Positions 39,691-49,659 of a DNA stretch of 64,000 bases are shown here, one piece after another. Made by a program: the position numbers and the translations under genes. Position 1 is the first letter of the stretch. Each line of letters begins with the position of its first letter. The stretch spans positions 32,001 through 96,000 of the forward strand of contig JBMNLH010000003.1 in the NCBI GenBank assembly GCA_050952625.1, given 5' to 3'. This DNA is from Bacillota bacterium. Its GTDB lineage: Bacteria; Bacillota; Ch66; Ch109. The notes beneath the pieces were generated by a model. It ran no database searches. It saw only the letters and a list, made by a program, of their open reading frames with translations, and had not been told where the DNA came from.

Positions 39691-41187
39691 ATGCTTTATG
39701 AAAGTACCCGGGGGAAAGCGCAGCCGGTAAGTGCGGCCGAAGCGATTAAAATGGGAATTGCCCCGGACGGCGGTTTATTTGTACCTTGTCAACAGATAAA
39801 ATTTACCCCCGGCCAATTAGCCCACCTGGTTGGCTTGAGCTATCAGGAACAGGCTTTGGCGATACTCAGTCTGTTCTTAACTGATTTCACCAAATTAGAA
39901 CTTCAGGAATGCGTTAATGGGGCTTACCACGCGGACAAGTTTGACCATCCCCACATTGCCCCGTTGTTTAAGCTTAACGACTCGATTCACTTTTTAGAAC
40001 TATGGCACGGGCCAACCTGTGCCTTTAAAGATATGGCGTTGCAGCTGCTGCCCCGGCTGCTAACCACCAGCATGAAAAAAACCGGCGAAGCAGCAGAAAT
40101 AGTTATTCTGGTAGCTACCTCCGGGGATACTGGAAAAGCAGCCCTCGAAGGGTTTAAAGATGTGGCCGGGACTAAAATTATTGTCTTTTACCCGGATCAG
40201 GGGGTTAGCGAGGTTCAAAAAAGGCAGATGGTTACTCAGGACGGAAATAACGTCGCTGTTGTTGCCGTAGTAGGTAATTTTGACGATGCGCAAAACGGAG
40301 TTAAGAACATTTTTGGCGACCTGGAGTTTAACCGAGAACTGGAAACAAAAAAAATTAAGCTTTCCTCGGCTAATTCTATTAACTGGGGACGACTGGTTCC
40401 GCAAATTATTTACTATGTTTATGCTTATACTGAACTAATGAAGCAAAATGCTCTATCACCTGGTGAAAAAATCAATGTCGTGGTACCGACCGGCAATTTC
40501 GGCAACATCTTGGCTGCTTTCTATGCTCGACAAATGGGGTTACCGATTAACCGGTTGATCTGTGCGGCTAATACTAATAAAGTGCTGACAGATTTTATCC
40601 GAACCGGGGTTTATGACCGCAACCGGTCATTTAACAAAACCATCTCCCCTTCAATGGATATCCTGATCTCCAGCAATCTGGAACGTTTGTTGTACGAATT
40701 AACCGACCACGATGCCCAGCGAATTCAGACCTGGATGAATGAATTAAAAGAAACCGGGCGTTATCAAATTGATGATAACCTGCACCGGTCGATTCAGGAA
40801 GTCTTTTGGTCCGATTACGCGACGGATACCGAGACTCTGACGACCATCCAGGAGACCTACTCTCAAGCCAACTATGTCCTGGATACCCACACGGCAGTTG
40901 GTAAAAACGTTTATGATAAGTATGTAGCAGCAACCGGGGATCAAACAAAAACGGTGATTGCCTCTACTGCCAGTCCCTTTAAATTCAGCAGCAGCGTCGC
41001 TCAAGCCATTCTGGGATTGGACGCCACGCTAAACCAGAACGAGTTTGCCTTGCTCGAATTACTGGCTGACGCCTGTCAGCTTCCGATTCCCAAAGGTCTC
41101 CATGGCCTAAGTCAAAAACCAATTCGCCACACCATTCGGACCGGGTCTAATGAGATGATTAATACTGTTAGAGACATCCTATTTTAA
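39691..41187 (+). CDS. thrC: Threonine synthase
   Basis: YESTRG, HGPTCAFKD, ATSGDTG, SANSINWGR, PTGNFGN. Confidence 0.95.
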   Translation: MLYESTRGKAQPVSAAEAIKMGIAPDGGLFVPCQQIKFTPGQLAHLVGLSYQEQALAILSLFLTDFTKLELQECVNGAYHADKFDHPHIAPLFKLNDSIHFLELWHGPTCAFKDMALQLLPRLLTTSMKKTGEAAEIVILVATSGDTGKAALEGFKDVAGTKIIVFYPDQGVSEVQKRQMVTQDGNNVAVVAVVGNFDDAQNGVKNIFGDLEFNRELETKKIKLSSANSINWGRLVPQIIYYVYAYTELMKQNALSPGEKINVVVPTGNFGNILAAFYARQMGLPINRLICAANTNKVLTDFIRTGVYDRNRSFNKTISPSMDILISSNLERLLYELTDHDAQRIQTWMNELKETGRYQIDDNLHRSIQEVFWSDYATDTETLTTIQETYSQANYVLDTHTAVGKNVYDKYVAATGDQTKTVIASTASPFKFSSSVAQAILGLDATLNQNEFALLELLADACQLPIPKGLHGLSQKPIRHTIRTGSNEMINTVRDILF

Positions 41188-41296
41188 TAAATTAAGCGGC
41201 TCCAATCTGTACTTATTTTTAAATGAAAACCGCCAATCACTAACCCGCGTTAAACATTGCGCAATTATGATTTTGCTTGATCTGATACCTGCTTGT

Positions 41297-41929
41297 TTAC
41301 TCAAACACTGTCATGCGGAATTCTTCTAGATCCGTAACAATCAAACAATTTTTCGGATTAATCTTTAAGAGGTTACTATTTAAAAAATCCTGCACCATCC
41401 TGGTAGCTGTTTCACGGGCCACCCCGGCATAGGCTGCCAGGTCCTGGTGGGTAATCCGCAGATTAATCAAGATACCTTCATCCGTATTTCTGCCAAATTT
41501 CTCAGCTAAATCAAGAATGGCTTTCCCGACCCGTTGGCGGGCTGTTTTACAAACTTGAAACAATAATTGCTGATTAGTTTGCCGCAAACGCTCAACTAAG
41601 ATTTGAATAATGCGAAAAGCAATTGAAGGATTTTCTTTAATTTGCGTAGCAAATAACGTTCGATTAAGCACCAGAACTTGGCTCTTTTCCAGGGCTTGAG
41701 CAGTAGCCGAACGAGGTTTTTCGTCAATTATAGACATTTCGCCCAGGAAATCTCCCGGACCAAGCAGGGCAAGTATATTTTCCCGGCCGCTAGAAGTAAG
41801 AATAAATACTTTGATTGCCCCTTCGAGGATATAATAGATATTATCACCCGGATCACCCTCAAGGAAAAGGATTCTCCCTTTTTCGATCGTCTTTTTTGTC
41901 CAAAGGTTTTCATCAAAGCAAGAATCCAT
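41297..41929 (-). CDS. Crp/Fnr family transcriptional regulator
   Basis: cNMP domain GDFLGEMS..PRSATA; HTH ITHQDLAAYAGVARETATR. Confidence 0.93.
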   Translation of the reverse strand: MDSCFDENLWTKKTIEKGRILFLEGDPGDNIYYILEGAIKVFILTSSGRENILALLGPGDFLGEMSIIDEKPRSATAQALEKSQVLVLNRTLFATQIKENPSIAFRIIQILVERLRQTNQQLLFQVCKTARQRVGKAILDLAEKFGRNTDEGILINLRITHQDLAAYAGVARETATRMVQDFLNSNLLKINPKNCLIVTDLEEFRMTVFE

Positions 41930-42587
41930 CTTACCCCACCCCGTCTCTATATATACTAATCCAAATTAGATTAATATTAGGATTATATTCGACATTCTTA
42001 ATTAAACCTCCTGCCAATTAGCCAAATAATATATTTAATGCTATATTTTACTTAATAATTTCATAAAAGAAACAAAAAAATAAACCCGAGTCTTCTCGCG
42101 TTATTCTTCAACGTTTTTAATAATAATAATATTTATTATTTATCTTTGATCAGCAACTTTATTCCTCAACTTGATGCAACTTTAATCCACTTCTTAATCC
42201 ACTTCAATCTAATCCACTACTATAGCAACTAAATCCTTCAATTTTATAAGAAACAGGATACGTTATAAGAAACAATTATAAAAAACACAGAACCGGCTAG
42301 TTTAAATACAAATATTATTTTAGTTATTCTATGTAAGTTAGTGTTAAGTATTGCCTAAAAGAAAGTGATGTATTATCTATAATATTTCATAATTACAGCT
42401 TTGTATTTATCGGGCAAACTAAACCGGCTCCGCGTTTTTCGACAAAACATATCGAATAAACTCAAATTAACAAGATTTCTGTAATAATATATACATTATC
42501 AGAACAGATAAGTCAACCCCAATAACAGAAGTTGTAATATTTTAATTTGTCATACAATACTAAAATTTATAAAGGGGGAATAATAGT

Positions 42588-43025
42588 TTGACAACCTCTT
42601 TCTTTCTTGAACAGCCTGCATGGCAGGAATTAGCCGATAGAATTGAGTTGATTTTAGGGGTACCAGTTACGACCGCATTCGAAAGCCCTAACCGATATTT
42701 AATACAAGGACCGCTTACTTCATCGGGAAATCCTATGGTATACTTACGGCTAGAAATATGGCTGGTTGCCAAAGAGGATGTTGGTGAGCAGCATTGGGCA
42801 AAATTAGGTTATTTCGCTGTCGCGAATGATTATCGGCACCAGGGTTATGGCCGTCAAATTATTATCGCTACCAAGGAATGGCTGTATTCCCTTCACCGAT
42901 TCGATCAAGTTTGCCTGTACGCCCGCCCGGAAATAATGCCTTTCTGGGAAGCCTGCGGGTTTAATCCAGTGGAAAATGAGAGTCGGATGTGCTGGTATCC
43001 TAAGAAAATTGAAGAAGAGGGTTAA
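42588..43025 (+). CDS. GNAT acetyltransferase
   Basis: AVANDYRHQGYG and FWEACGF motifs. Confidence 0.75.
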   Translation: MTTSFFLEQPAWQELADRIELILGVPVTTAFESPNRYLIQGPLTSSGNPMVYLRLEIWLVAKEDVGEQHWAKLGYFAVANDYRHQGYGRQIIIATKEWLYSLHRFDQVCLYARPEIMPFWEACGFNPVENESRMCWYPKKIEEEG

Positions 43026-43028
43026 TTA

Positions 43029-43661
43029 ATGATTATTAAACGGTTATATCAATTAAAAAATAGGGAAGTAAATATCATCGGTATTGAAAATTATTTCAGG
43101 TCTTCCGTTTTGCTGCCGCTGATTAATCACAACGGTCAAACCTGTGTCCTTTTTGAAGTAAGGGCTAACCAACTGCGCCGGCAACCAGGTGAAATCTGTT
43201 TTCCCGGAGGACAAGTAGAAGCAACCGATAGCAGCCCAGTTCAGACGGCGATTAGAGAAACCAGCGAAGAGCTAGGCCTGGCACCCGAAGATATTGAAGT
43301 AATTGCTCCGCTAGATCTTCTAGTCACCCCTTGTAACACTATTATCTATCCGTTTCTATGTAGGATTAACAGCCCCACTCAGATTGCCCTTAACACAGAC
43401 GAAGTAGAGGAAGTCTTTTACGTACCCCTTGATTATCTATATTCTGCCTCACCATTAATCCACAAACTTTCGTTTCAGCTGGATTTTGCCAAAAACTTCC
43501 CATTTGACCTGATTCCGCAAGGAAAAGATTATAACTGGCGGGAAGGCACCTACCCGGTATACTTTTATTTTTACCAAAAGTACATCATCTGGGGAATGAC
43601 CGCCCGAATTTTAAATCATTTCTTGTCCTTAACCCGAGACATTATTACATGTAACACCTAA
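43029..43661 (+). CDS. Nudix CoA pyrophosphatase
   Basis: QPGEICFPGG..AIRETSEELG, IWGMTA. Confidence 0.9.
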   Translation: MIIKRLYQLKNREVNIIGIENYFRSSVLLPLINHNGQTCVLFEVRANQLRRQPGEICFPGGQVEATDSSPVQTAIRETSEELGLAPEDIEVIAPLDLLVTPCNTIIYPFLCRINSPTQIALNTDEVEEVFYVPLDYLYSASPLIHKLSFQLDFAKNFPFDLIPQGKDYNWREGTYPVYFYFYQKYIIWGMTARILNHFLSLTRDIITCNT

Positions 43662-43683
43662 TGCAAACCCGACTCAATCCTTC

Positions 43684-43808
43684 TAATTAACCATCCATGC
43701 CCGGCAGGCACAACCACTAATTAAAATAGAGGACATATGTCATCCTGAGTATTACTGAAGGTCTATTTCCCAGCGCGGAAAAGATTATTGGCTTCGCTCA
43801 TAATGACA
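43684..43808. repeat. CCATGC..GGCACAACCAC repeat plus both halves of a TGTCATCCTGAG..CTCATAATGACA inverted repeat
   Basis: Matches 20070 and 31381. Confidence 0.7.
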
Positions 43809-43818
43809 TGATAATAAT

Positions 43819-43850
43819 AAAGCACCCTGACCGAAGCCAGAGTGCTTTTT
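43819..43850. terminator. Bidirectional terminator between convergent genes
   Basis: aaagcaccctg-accgaagc-cagagtgcttttt. Confidence 0.75.
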
Positions 43851-43866
43851 ATATGCCTGAGCGAAA

Positions 43867-45495
43867 TTAGAATTTGACGTTGCCCCAATCGGAGTGACGG
43901 AGCGGAACTCTCCAGCAGAGTTCTAATGCCCGAGCGAGTTTGGGTCGGATTTCCGCGTGGGTGATAATGCCATCGTGGAAGTTCCGAGCACCAGTGAAGT
44001 ACGGATGACCTTCACCATCATACCGTTCGATCATCTTCTTGCGGAATTCGGCCATTTCAGCTTCGTCAATCTCTTTGCCAGCCTTCTTCGCATTGACCCG
44101 ACGGAGAGTTTCTAGAATGAACCCAGCAGTAGTTCCGGACATAACTGTGGTCCGACCCCGCATGGTCTGGAAGATAAAGTTTGGCCGGAAGGCTCGTCCG
44201 CACATGCCGTAGTTAGCCGCTCCATGGTCAGGGCCAATAACTAATTGAATCTTCGGTACCTTAGCGCAGGAAACTGTCCGCACCATGTCCGAACCATACT
44301 TACCAATACCAGCCCATTCTTCGGCTTTACCTACCATGTAGCCAGGAGCTCCTTGGAGGAAGAGAAGGGCTGTGCCGTCGTTGCCGCAGCGAACGATAAA
44401 CTCAGAAGCCTTTTGAGCTGCCTGGGTAAAGATTGTACCATTCTTATTCGAAGCCACGATACCCACTGGAATGCCATCGATAAAGGCTTTACCGCAGATA
44501 ACACTATCTCCACGGCCAGGACCATAATTCTCCTTGTATTCAGAGAAATAACTGTCATCAACTATACACTTGATAAAATCTTTAACATTAATCGGCTGAT
44601 AGGTATCTGCCGGCATACTCATCATCAGTTCGTCCAGACCAAACTTAGGTGGTTTGGACTCTCGACGTTGGGTATAGAATCCTTGTGGTGGGTCGAAGGA
44701 AATCAGTTCGCGCAGCCGAGCAATCCCCTCTTCTTGGTTGCGGACAAAGTGGTCACAACCACCGGAATGCTTGGTGTGAACATATGCACCACCCAGGTCT
44801 TCGTGGGTGACATCTTCGCCGATAGCTGACTTAACCATTGGCGGGCCAGCCAGGAAGGCATTCGCCAGCTTGTCAATCATAATGGATTCGCAAGCCAGGT
44901 AAACGATGTAAGCTCCGCCAGCAGTGTTTCCGCCAGTACTCAGGGTGTATTGCTTAATACCCCGGGCTGACATGTTACACATGTTGTAGAACATGGAACC
45001 AAACATTCCCTCGTCAGCAAAGCAACCAGCCTGCAGCGGAAGGAAAATCCCGCCTGAGTCGGCTACATAAACACAGGGAAGCCGAAGCTCATTGGCAATT
45101 CTTTGGGCTCTCATGTGTTTCTTTAAGGTAATCGGGAAGTAAGTTCCGGCAGACATCCGGCTTTCGTTGATAAAGATCATGCAGTCTTTATCGTGAATTT
45201 TGCCAACCCCGGTAATTAGACCGCCACCCGGAATATGCGGTTGTTCCGGATAACCCATGTTATAACCGCAGTCCAGACCGATTTCAAAGAATTCAGAACC
45301 CGGGTCAATCAACATATCCAAAAGTTCCCGCGGGGTTTTCTTCCCTTGTTTTGCTAAACGATCAACTTGTTTTTGACCGCCAACGTTGTAGGCTTCTTTC
45401 CGACGCTCTAACAACTCGGCGTCCATTTTTTGCCAGTGAGCTAACGCTTCTTTTCTTTGTAGTTCGATTCTTTCTTTACGGGACATCTTAGCCAT
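43867..45495 (-). CDS. Acyl-CoA carboxyltransferase (methylcrotonyl-CoA carboxylase beta / decarboxylase alpha-like)
   Basis: DSGG, TAGGAY, FLAGPP, LGGA, GYMVG, GAANYGMCGRAF. Confidence 0.85.
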   Translation of the reverse strand: MAKMSRKERIELQRKEALAHWQKMDAELLERRKEAYNVGGQKQVDRLAKQGKKTPRELLDMLIDPGSEFFEIGLDCGYNMGYPEQPHIPGGGLITGVGKIHDKDCMIFINESRMSAGTYFPITLKKHMRAQRIANELRLPCVYVADSGGIFLPLQAGCFADEGMFGSMFYNMCNMSARGIKQYTLSTGGNTAGGAYIVYLACESIMIDKLANAFLAGPPMVKSAIGEDVTHEDLGGAYVHTKHSGGCDHFVRNQEEGIARLRELISFDPPQGFYTQRRESKPPKFGLDELMMSMPADTYQPINVKDFIKCIVDDSYFSEYKENYGPGRGDSVICGKAFIDGIPVGIVASNKNGTIFTQAAQKASEFIVRCGNDGTALLFLQGAPGYMVGKAEEWAGIGKYGSDMVRTVSCAKVPKIQLVIGPDHGAANYGMCGRAFRPNFIFQTMRGRTTVMSGTTAGFILETLRRVNAKKAGKEIDEAEMAEFRKKMIERYDGEGHPYFTGARNFHDGIITHAEIRPKLARALELCWRVPLRHSDWGNVKF

Positions 45496-46045
45496 TAGAT
45501 TTATACTCCTCCCTTAAATAAAAATAGTAGCATTACCGTGCTATCGGTTGATTATTGATTATTAGGACAAATCACCTCCAAAACAAAGACATTAACCTGA
45601 TAGCATAAATAAGAGACATCTATAATTTTCTATATTGTTTACACTATGTTATACTTCGCCACAAATCGCCGAGTTCCTTCCTGTGATTGAAAAATCATGG
45701 GGGGGAATTATTATGATAAAGAATTGGGGTGAACTGCAATGAATTTGTCAACAAATACACCACAATTATGACAAAAGAGCAGCCAACAAACAGATAGAAT
45801 AGCCTGAATAAAGTATAACATACTGACAAGAATGTTAAAACACTCAATTGTGAAATAAAACGCTGCTATTTTGCATGTTTGTACGGCTGTTTTTATAAAC
45901 ACAGGAGGAATTACTGTGAGTTTGTCGTATTTTAAGACTATTAAGGTTTTTATGTCGAAGTTTTATGCAATTCCTTGTGAAATATTAAACAATTTGCAAT
46001 ATTTGCACTAGGAACTACAGATCCAAGGAGGTAAAACTTATTCTG

Positions 46046-46296
46046 ATGGTTCGAATAACTATCCACGAGGAGTTTTGCAAGGGCTGTGATTTATGTCAGG
46101 CAGCCTGTCCAAAAATCTTTTATCAGCTTCAAGGCAGTTGAACGCCAAGAGTTATCGTCCGGCTATTTTGCTGGATTGTTCCTGCTGTACCGGTTGTGGG
46201 TTATGTGTTCGTATGTGTCCAGATCTAGTTATTGAAATCTATAAAGAAAAAGAAATGCTTAATGGGGGCGATAAAATTTGGCACGCAAAGTTCTAA
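46046..46296 (+). pseudogene. 4Fe-4S dicluster (delta) subunit of 2-oxoacid:ferredoxin oxidoreductase, frameshifted
   Basis: MVRITIHEEFCKGCDLCQAACPK in one frame continues as NLLSAS..CTGCGLCVRMCPD in another; one A missing in the A5 run at 46111-46115. Confidence 0.8.
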
Positions 46297-47345
46297 TGAA
46301 GGGTAACGAGGCGATTGGCGAGGCAGCAATCAGGGCTGGCTGCGTTGCCTTTTTCGGTTATCCAATTACTCCGCAGAGTGAATTGCCCGAGTATTTGGCC
46401 CGACGAATGCCCGAGGTAGGTGGGGTATTCTTACAAGCTGAAAGCGAATTGGCGGCGATTAGTATGGTCTACGGGGCAGCCGGGGCCGGGGCCAGGGTGA
46501 TGACCTCTTCTTCCAGCCCGGGAATTAGTTTGAAACAAGAGGGTATTTCCATGCTCGCTGGGGCCGATTTGCCAGCAGTTATTGTTAATATGATGCGGGG
46601 CGGCCCGGGGATCGGGGGTATTCAGCCGAGTCAAGCGGATTATTATCAGGCCACTCGGGGCGGCGGACACGGTGATTATCGAACGTTGGTTTTAGCTCCC
46701 TGGTCGATCCAAGAATTAGTCGATCTAACCTGGGAAGCCTTTTCTTTGGCGGACCGTTACCGCAACCCGGTTTTGGTCCTAGGAGATGGGATGCTGGGAC
46801 AAATGATGGAACCGGTGTCCCTGCCAGATAAGCCGGCCCCCTTCATTGAGAAACCCTGGGCAACAAATGGTGCCCAAGATCGTGAACATAATGAGGTTTT
46901 CACGCTGTATATGGGAATGGAGGACCTAGAAAAGCACATTCAACGGCTGTCGAAAAAACTAGCCCTGATTCAGAAAGAGCAGGTCCGGTATGATAGTTTT
47001 ATGCTTGAGGATGCGGAAATAGTGATTGTCGCTTTTGGAATCGTGGCCCGGGTGGCTCGAAAAGCCATTAAAATGGCTCGGGAAGCCGGGATAAAGGTAG
47101 GCTTGCTGCGACCAATCAGTCTGTGGCCGTTCCCCAGTGAAGCAGTGGCTAAGGCGGCTAAATCTGCCCGCGCTTTTTTGGTGGTCGAGATGAATTTAGG
47201 CCAAATGATTGAAGATGTTCGATTAGCCATAGACAATCAGATCCCGGTTGATTTTTGGGGCAAATCGACTATCGTCCCCGGTCCATCTGAGATATTTAAC
47301 GCAATTAAAGCAACCGCTAGCAAAGCTGGCTGTGGAATAAGCTAA
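46278..47345 (+). CDS. vorB: 2-oxoacid:ferredoxin oxidoreductase alpha subunit (VorB-like)
   Basis: KGNEA, GYPITPQ, QAESE, TSSSSPG, EMNLGQM. Confidence 0.88.
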   Translation: MARKVLMKGNEAIGEAAIRAGCVAFFGYPITPQSELPEYLARRMPEVGGVFLQAESELAAISMVYGAAGAGARVMTSSSSPGISLKQEGISMLAGADLPAVIVNMMRGGPGIGGIQPSQADYYQATRGGGHGDYRTLVLAPWSIQELVDLTWEAFSLADRYRNPVLVLGDGMLGQMMEPVSLPDKPAPFIEKPWATNGAQDREHNEVFTLYMGMEDLEKHIQRLSKKLALIQKEQVRYDSFMLEDAEIVIVAFGIVARVARKAIKMAREAGIKVGLLRPISLWPFPSEAVAKAAKSARAFLVVEMNLGQMIEDVRLAIDNQIPVDFWGKSTIVPGPSEIFNAIKATASKAGCGIS

Positions 47346-47424
47346 AGATTGTCCTCTGAATTGTAGGCACCTATAATTCAGGCCTATAATCCAGAAAGGC
47401 AGATTAAAGAGAGGAAGATTTATT

Positions 47425-48174
47425 ATGGCGACGGTATTTGCACGACCTCAGGCGATGACGACAAAACCGCTTCATTATTGCCCTGGCTGTGGACATGGCA
47501 TCATCCATCGTCTGATTGCTGAGGTAATTGATGAACTAGACATTCGGGGAAAGACAATCGGCACCTGTCCAGTTGGCTGTGCCGTGGTGGCTAATGAGTA
47601 CTTTAACGTGGATATGCAGCAGGCGGCCCATGGCCGGTCCCCAGCCGTTGCGACTGGGATTAAGCGGGTCCTGCCCGATCGAGTCGTTTTCACTTATCAA
47701 GGTGACGGTGATCTGGCTTCAATTGGCATGACCGAAATTGTTCATGCGGCAGCCCGGGGGGAATTAATTTCCACCTTTTTTGTGAATAACGCGATTTATG
47801 GGATGACCGGCGGACAAATGGCCCCCACTACTTTACTGGGACAGGTTACCACCACTTCGCCGCTTGGCCGAAAAAAAGAGCACCAGGGAGCACCAATCCG
47901 CATCGCCGAGATGTTATCATCCCTGGAGGGTGCGGCCTATATTGCCCGGGTCTCAATTCATGATGCGGCGCATGTTATTAAGGCTAAACGCGCGATCAAA
48001 CGGGCTTTTGAAACCCAGTTGGCCAAAAAGGGGTTTTCCCTGGTGGAGATACTTTCTTCCTGCCCGACAAACTGGGGCCTGAGCCCGGTCGAAGCCATGA
48101 AGTGGCTCGCTGATAACATGATTCCTTATTATCCCCTAGGTGAGTTCAAGGTTCCCGAAAAAACAGCAGACTAA
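47425..48174 (+). CDS. 2-oxoacid:ferredoxin oxidoreductase TPP-binding beta subunit
   Basis: [30 protein letters not shown]. Confidence 0.92.
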   Translation: MATVFARPQAMTTKPLHYCPGCGHGIIHRLIAEVIDELDIRGKTIGTCPVGCAVVANEYFNVDMQQAAHGRSPAVATGIKRVLPDRVVFTYQGDGDLASIGMTEIVHAAARGELISTFFVNNAIYGMTGGQMAPTTLLGQVTTTSPLGRKKEHQGAPIRIAEMLSSLEGAAYIARVSIHDAAHVIKAKRAIKRAFETQLAKKGFSLVEILSSCPTNWGLSPVEAMKWLADNMIPYYPLGEFKVPEKTAD

Positions 48175-48561
48175 AGATTTCCTCTAACAGATTGATTGAC
48201 ATGTTGGTTACCAATTGTGGATTGCAAATTTAGTAAAGATGCCAGGACGAATTAAGTGCTACTAGACATAGAACGTCTTAAATAGTTTAAAATATATTAT
48301 GGGTTGACCAGTGTAAAAAACACAAACATTCACTTGCAAAGTAGATCCTCATGCCACCCGGGACGAGCAGCTGGCGGAGAATGAAAATCACAATCATGTC
48401 GTGTTTTTAACAGCGATTTAGAGAATAGAGGCGGCTGAGGAGCAGCAGGCATCACCGTCTGAGCCCGCCGGGCACGGTTGATGCCTGCCCGAAGCCGTCA
48501 AGGTTCGTTCCCACTCCAACCTGATGAGCGAGTTATAGCACAGTAGCCCAAGAGGAAAAAA

Positions 48562-49275
48562 ATGAGTATTAAGCGCATCTGGGAATTAGATTTCCTCCGA
48601 GGAATTGCCCTTTTCGGCATGCTCTACTTTCACCTGATATTTGATCTAAATGAATTTTTTGATTATCCAATTACTTATGCCCATGGTTTTACTCATTATG
48701 CGGGCAAGGTCTCTGTCATCTTATTCATCCTGGTCTCCGGTATCAGTTGTCGGTTTAGCCGCAATAACCTCCGACGTGGGTTACAGTTACTAGGCATCGC
48801 CCTCATAATCACCATGCTTACCCATTCAGTCAACTACCTGGGGCTACGGCTGATCCACCAACCATTGCCTAACATTGGGATTAAGTTTGGCATCCTGCAT
48901 TTCTTCGGGGTAAGCATACTGCTTTACCCGGTTTTCAAAACAATTAACCGCTATGCTTTAGCCATCCTCGGCAGTCTAATCATCGGTCTCGGAGAACTTA
49001 TTTCCGCTCGGACATTTTCACATAATTATTTCTTTTTCCTAGGAATGATTAACGAAAAATTTTATTCCGTCGATTATTACCCACTGCTTCCCTGGCTCGG
49101 TGTTTTCTTAATCGGCATTGTCCTAGGAAAATTCCTTTATCAGGAGAAAAAAAGCCTATTTCCGTTTACCATAAGAAACAGCATGATAAATATTTTAGGA
49201 CGGAACACCCTGCTTATCTACCTTATCCACCAACCGGTACTCCTCTTAATTCTTTTTGTTTGCCTACATCTATAA
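48562..49275 (+). CDS. DUF1624/HGSNAT-like membrane protein
   Basis: RIWELDFLRG, FGILH, DYYPLLPW, YLIHQP. Confidence 0.88.
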   Translation: MSIKRIWELDFLRGIALFGMLYFHLIFDLNEFFDYPITYAHGFTHYAGKVSVILFILVSGISCRFSRNNLRRGLQLLGIALIITMLTHSVNYLGLRLIHQPLPNIGIKFGILHFFGVSILLYPVFKTINRYALAILGSLIIGLGELISARTFSHNYFFFLGMINEKFYSVDYYPLLPWLGVFLIGIVLGKFLYQEKKSLFPFTIRNSMINILGRNTLLIYLIHQPVLLLILFVCLHL

Positions 49276-49550
49276 CAAACCGGCCTCAAAATTGAGTCTT
49301 AGATTAAACTTTTTGGCCGCTGACAAATTCAATCTTATTTGACAACACACCCCCCCTTTTCAGCCTACTCGAAAATTTGAGTTTATTTTACCATGATCTC
49401 CCTTTAATATCCAAAAACAAAAACAGGAAATTGTTGACCCGGTCTCAGTTTGGTCATAAAAGTTGGCTTGCGCCAAACCTTGGGTGCAGGTGAAGCCCTA
49501 GTTGCGCTTACTGATAATCAGAAAGTCCACTTATCCTTTCTGATTATGGA

Positions 49551-49593
49551 ACAAAAACGCCCCCTTGCCCGAAGGCTGGCGGTGGCGTTTTTG
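49551..49593. terminator. Bidirectional terminator-like hairpin
   Basis: acaaaaacgcc...ggcgtttttgt. Confidence 0.7.
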
Positions 49594-49659
49594 TAATAGG
49601 CAATGTGGTTATTTAAAAATTCTTTAGCGTTGCTTTATTCAGGATTAATGATTGATAAT

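Noticed and set aside
46093-46296. 67-aa ORF as a complete gene
   Set aside because: It is the distal half of the frameshifted ferredoxin-like subunit.
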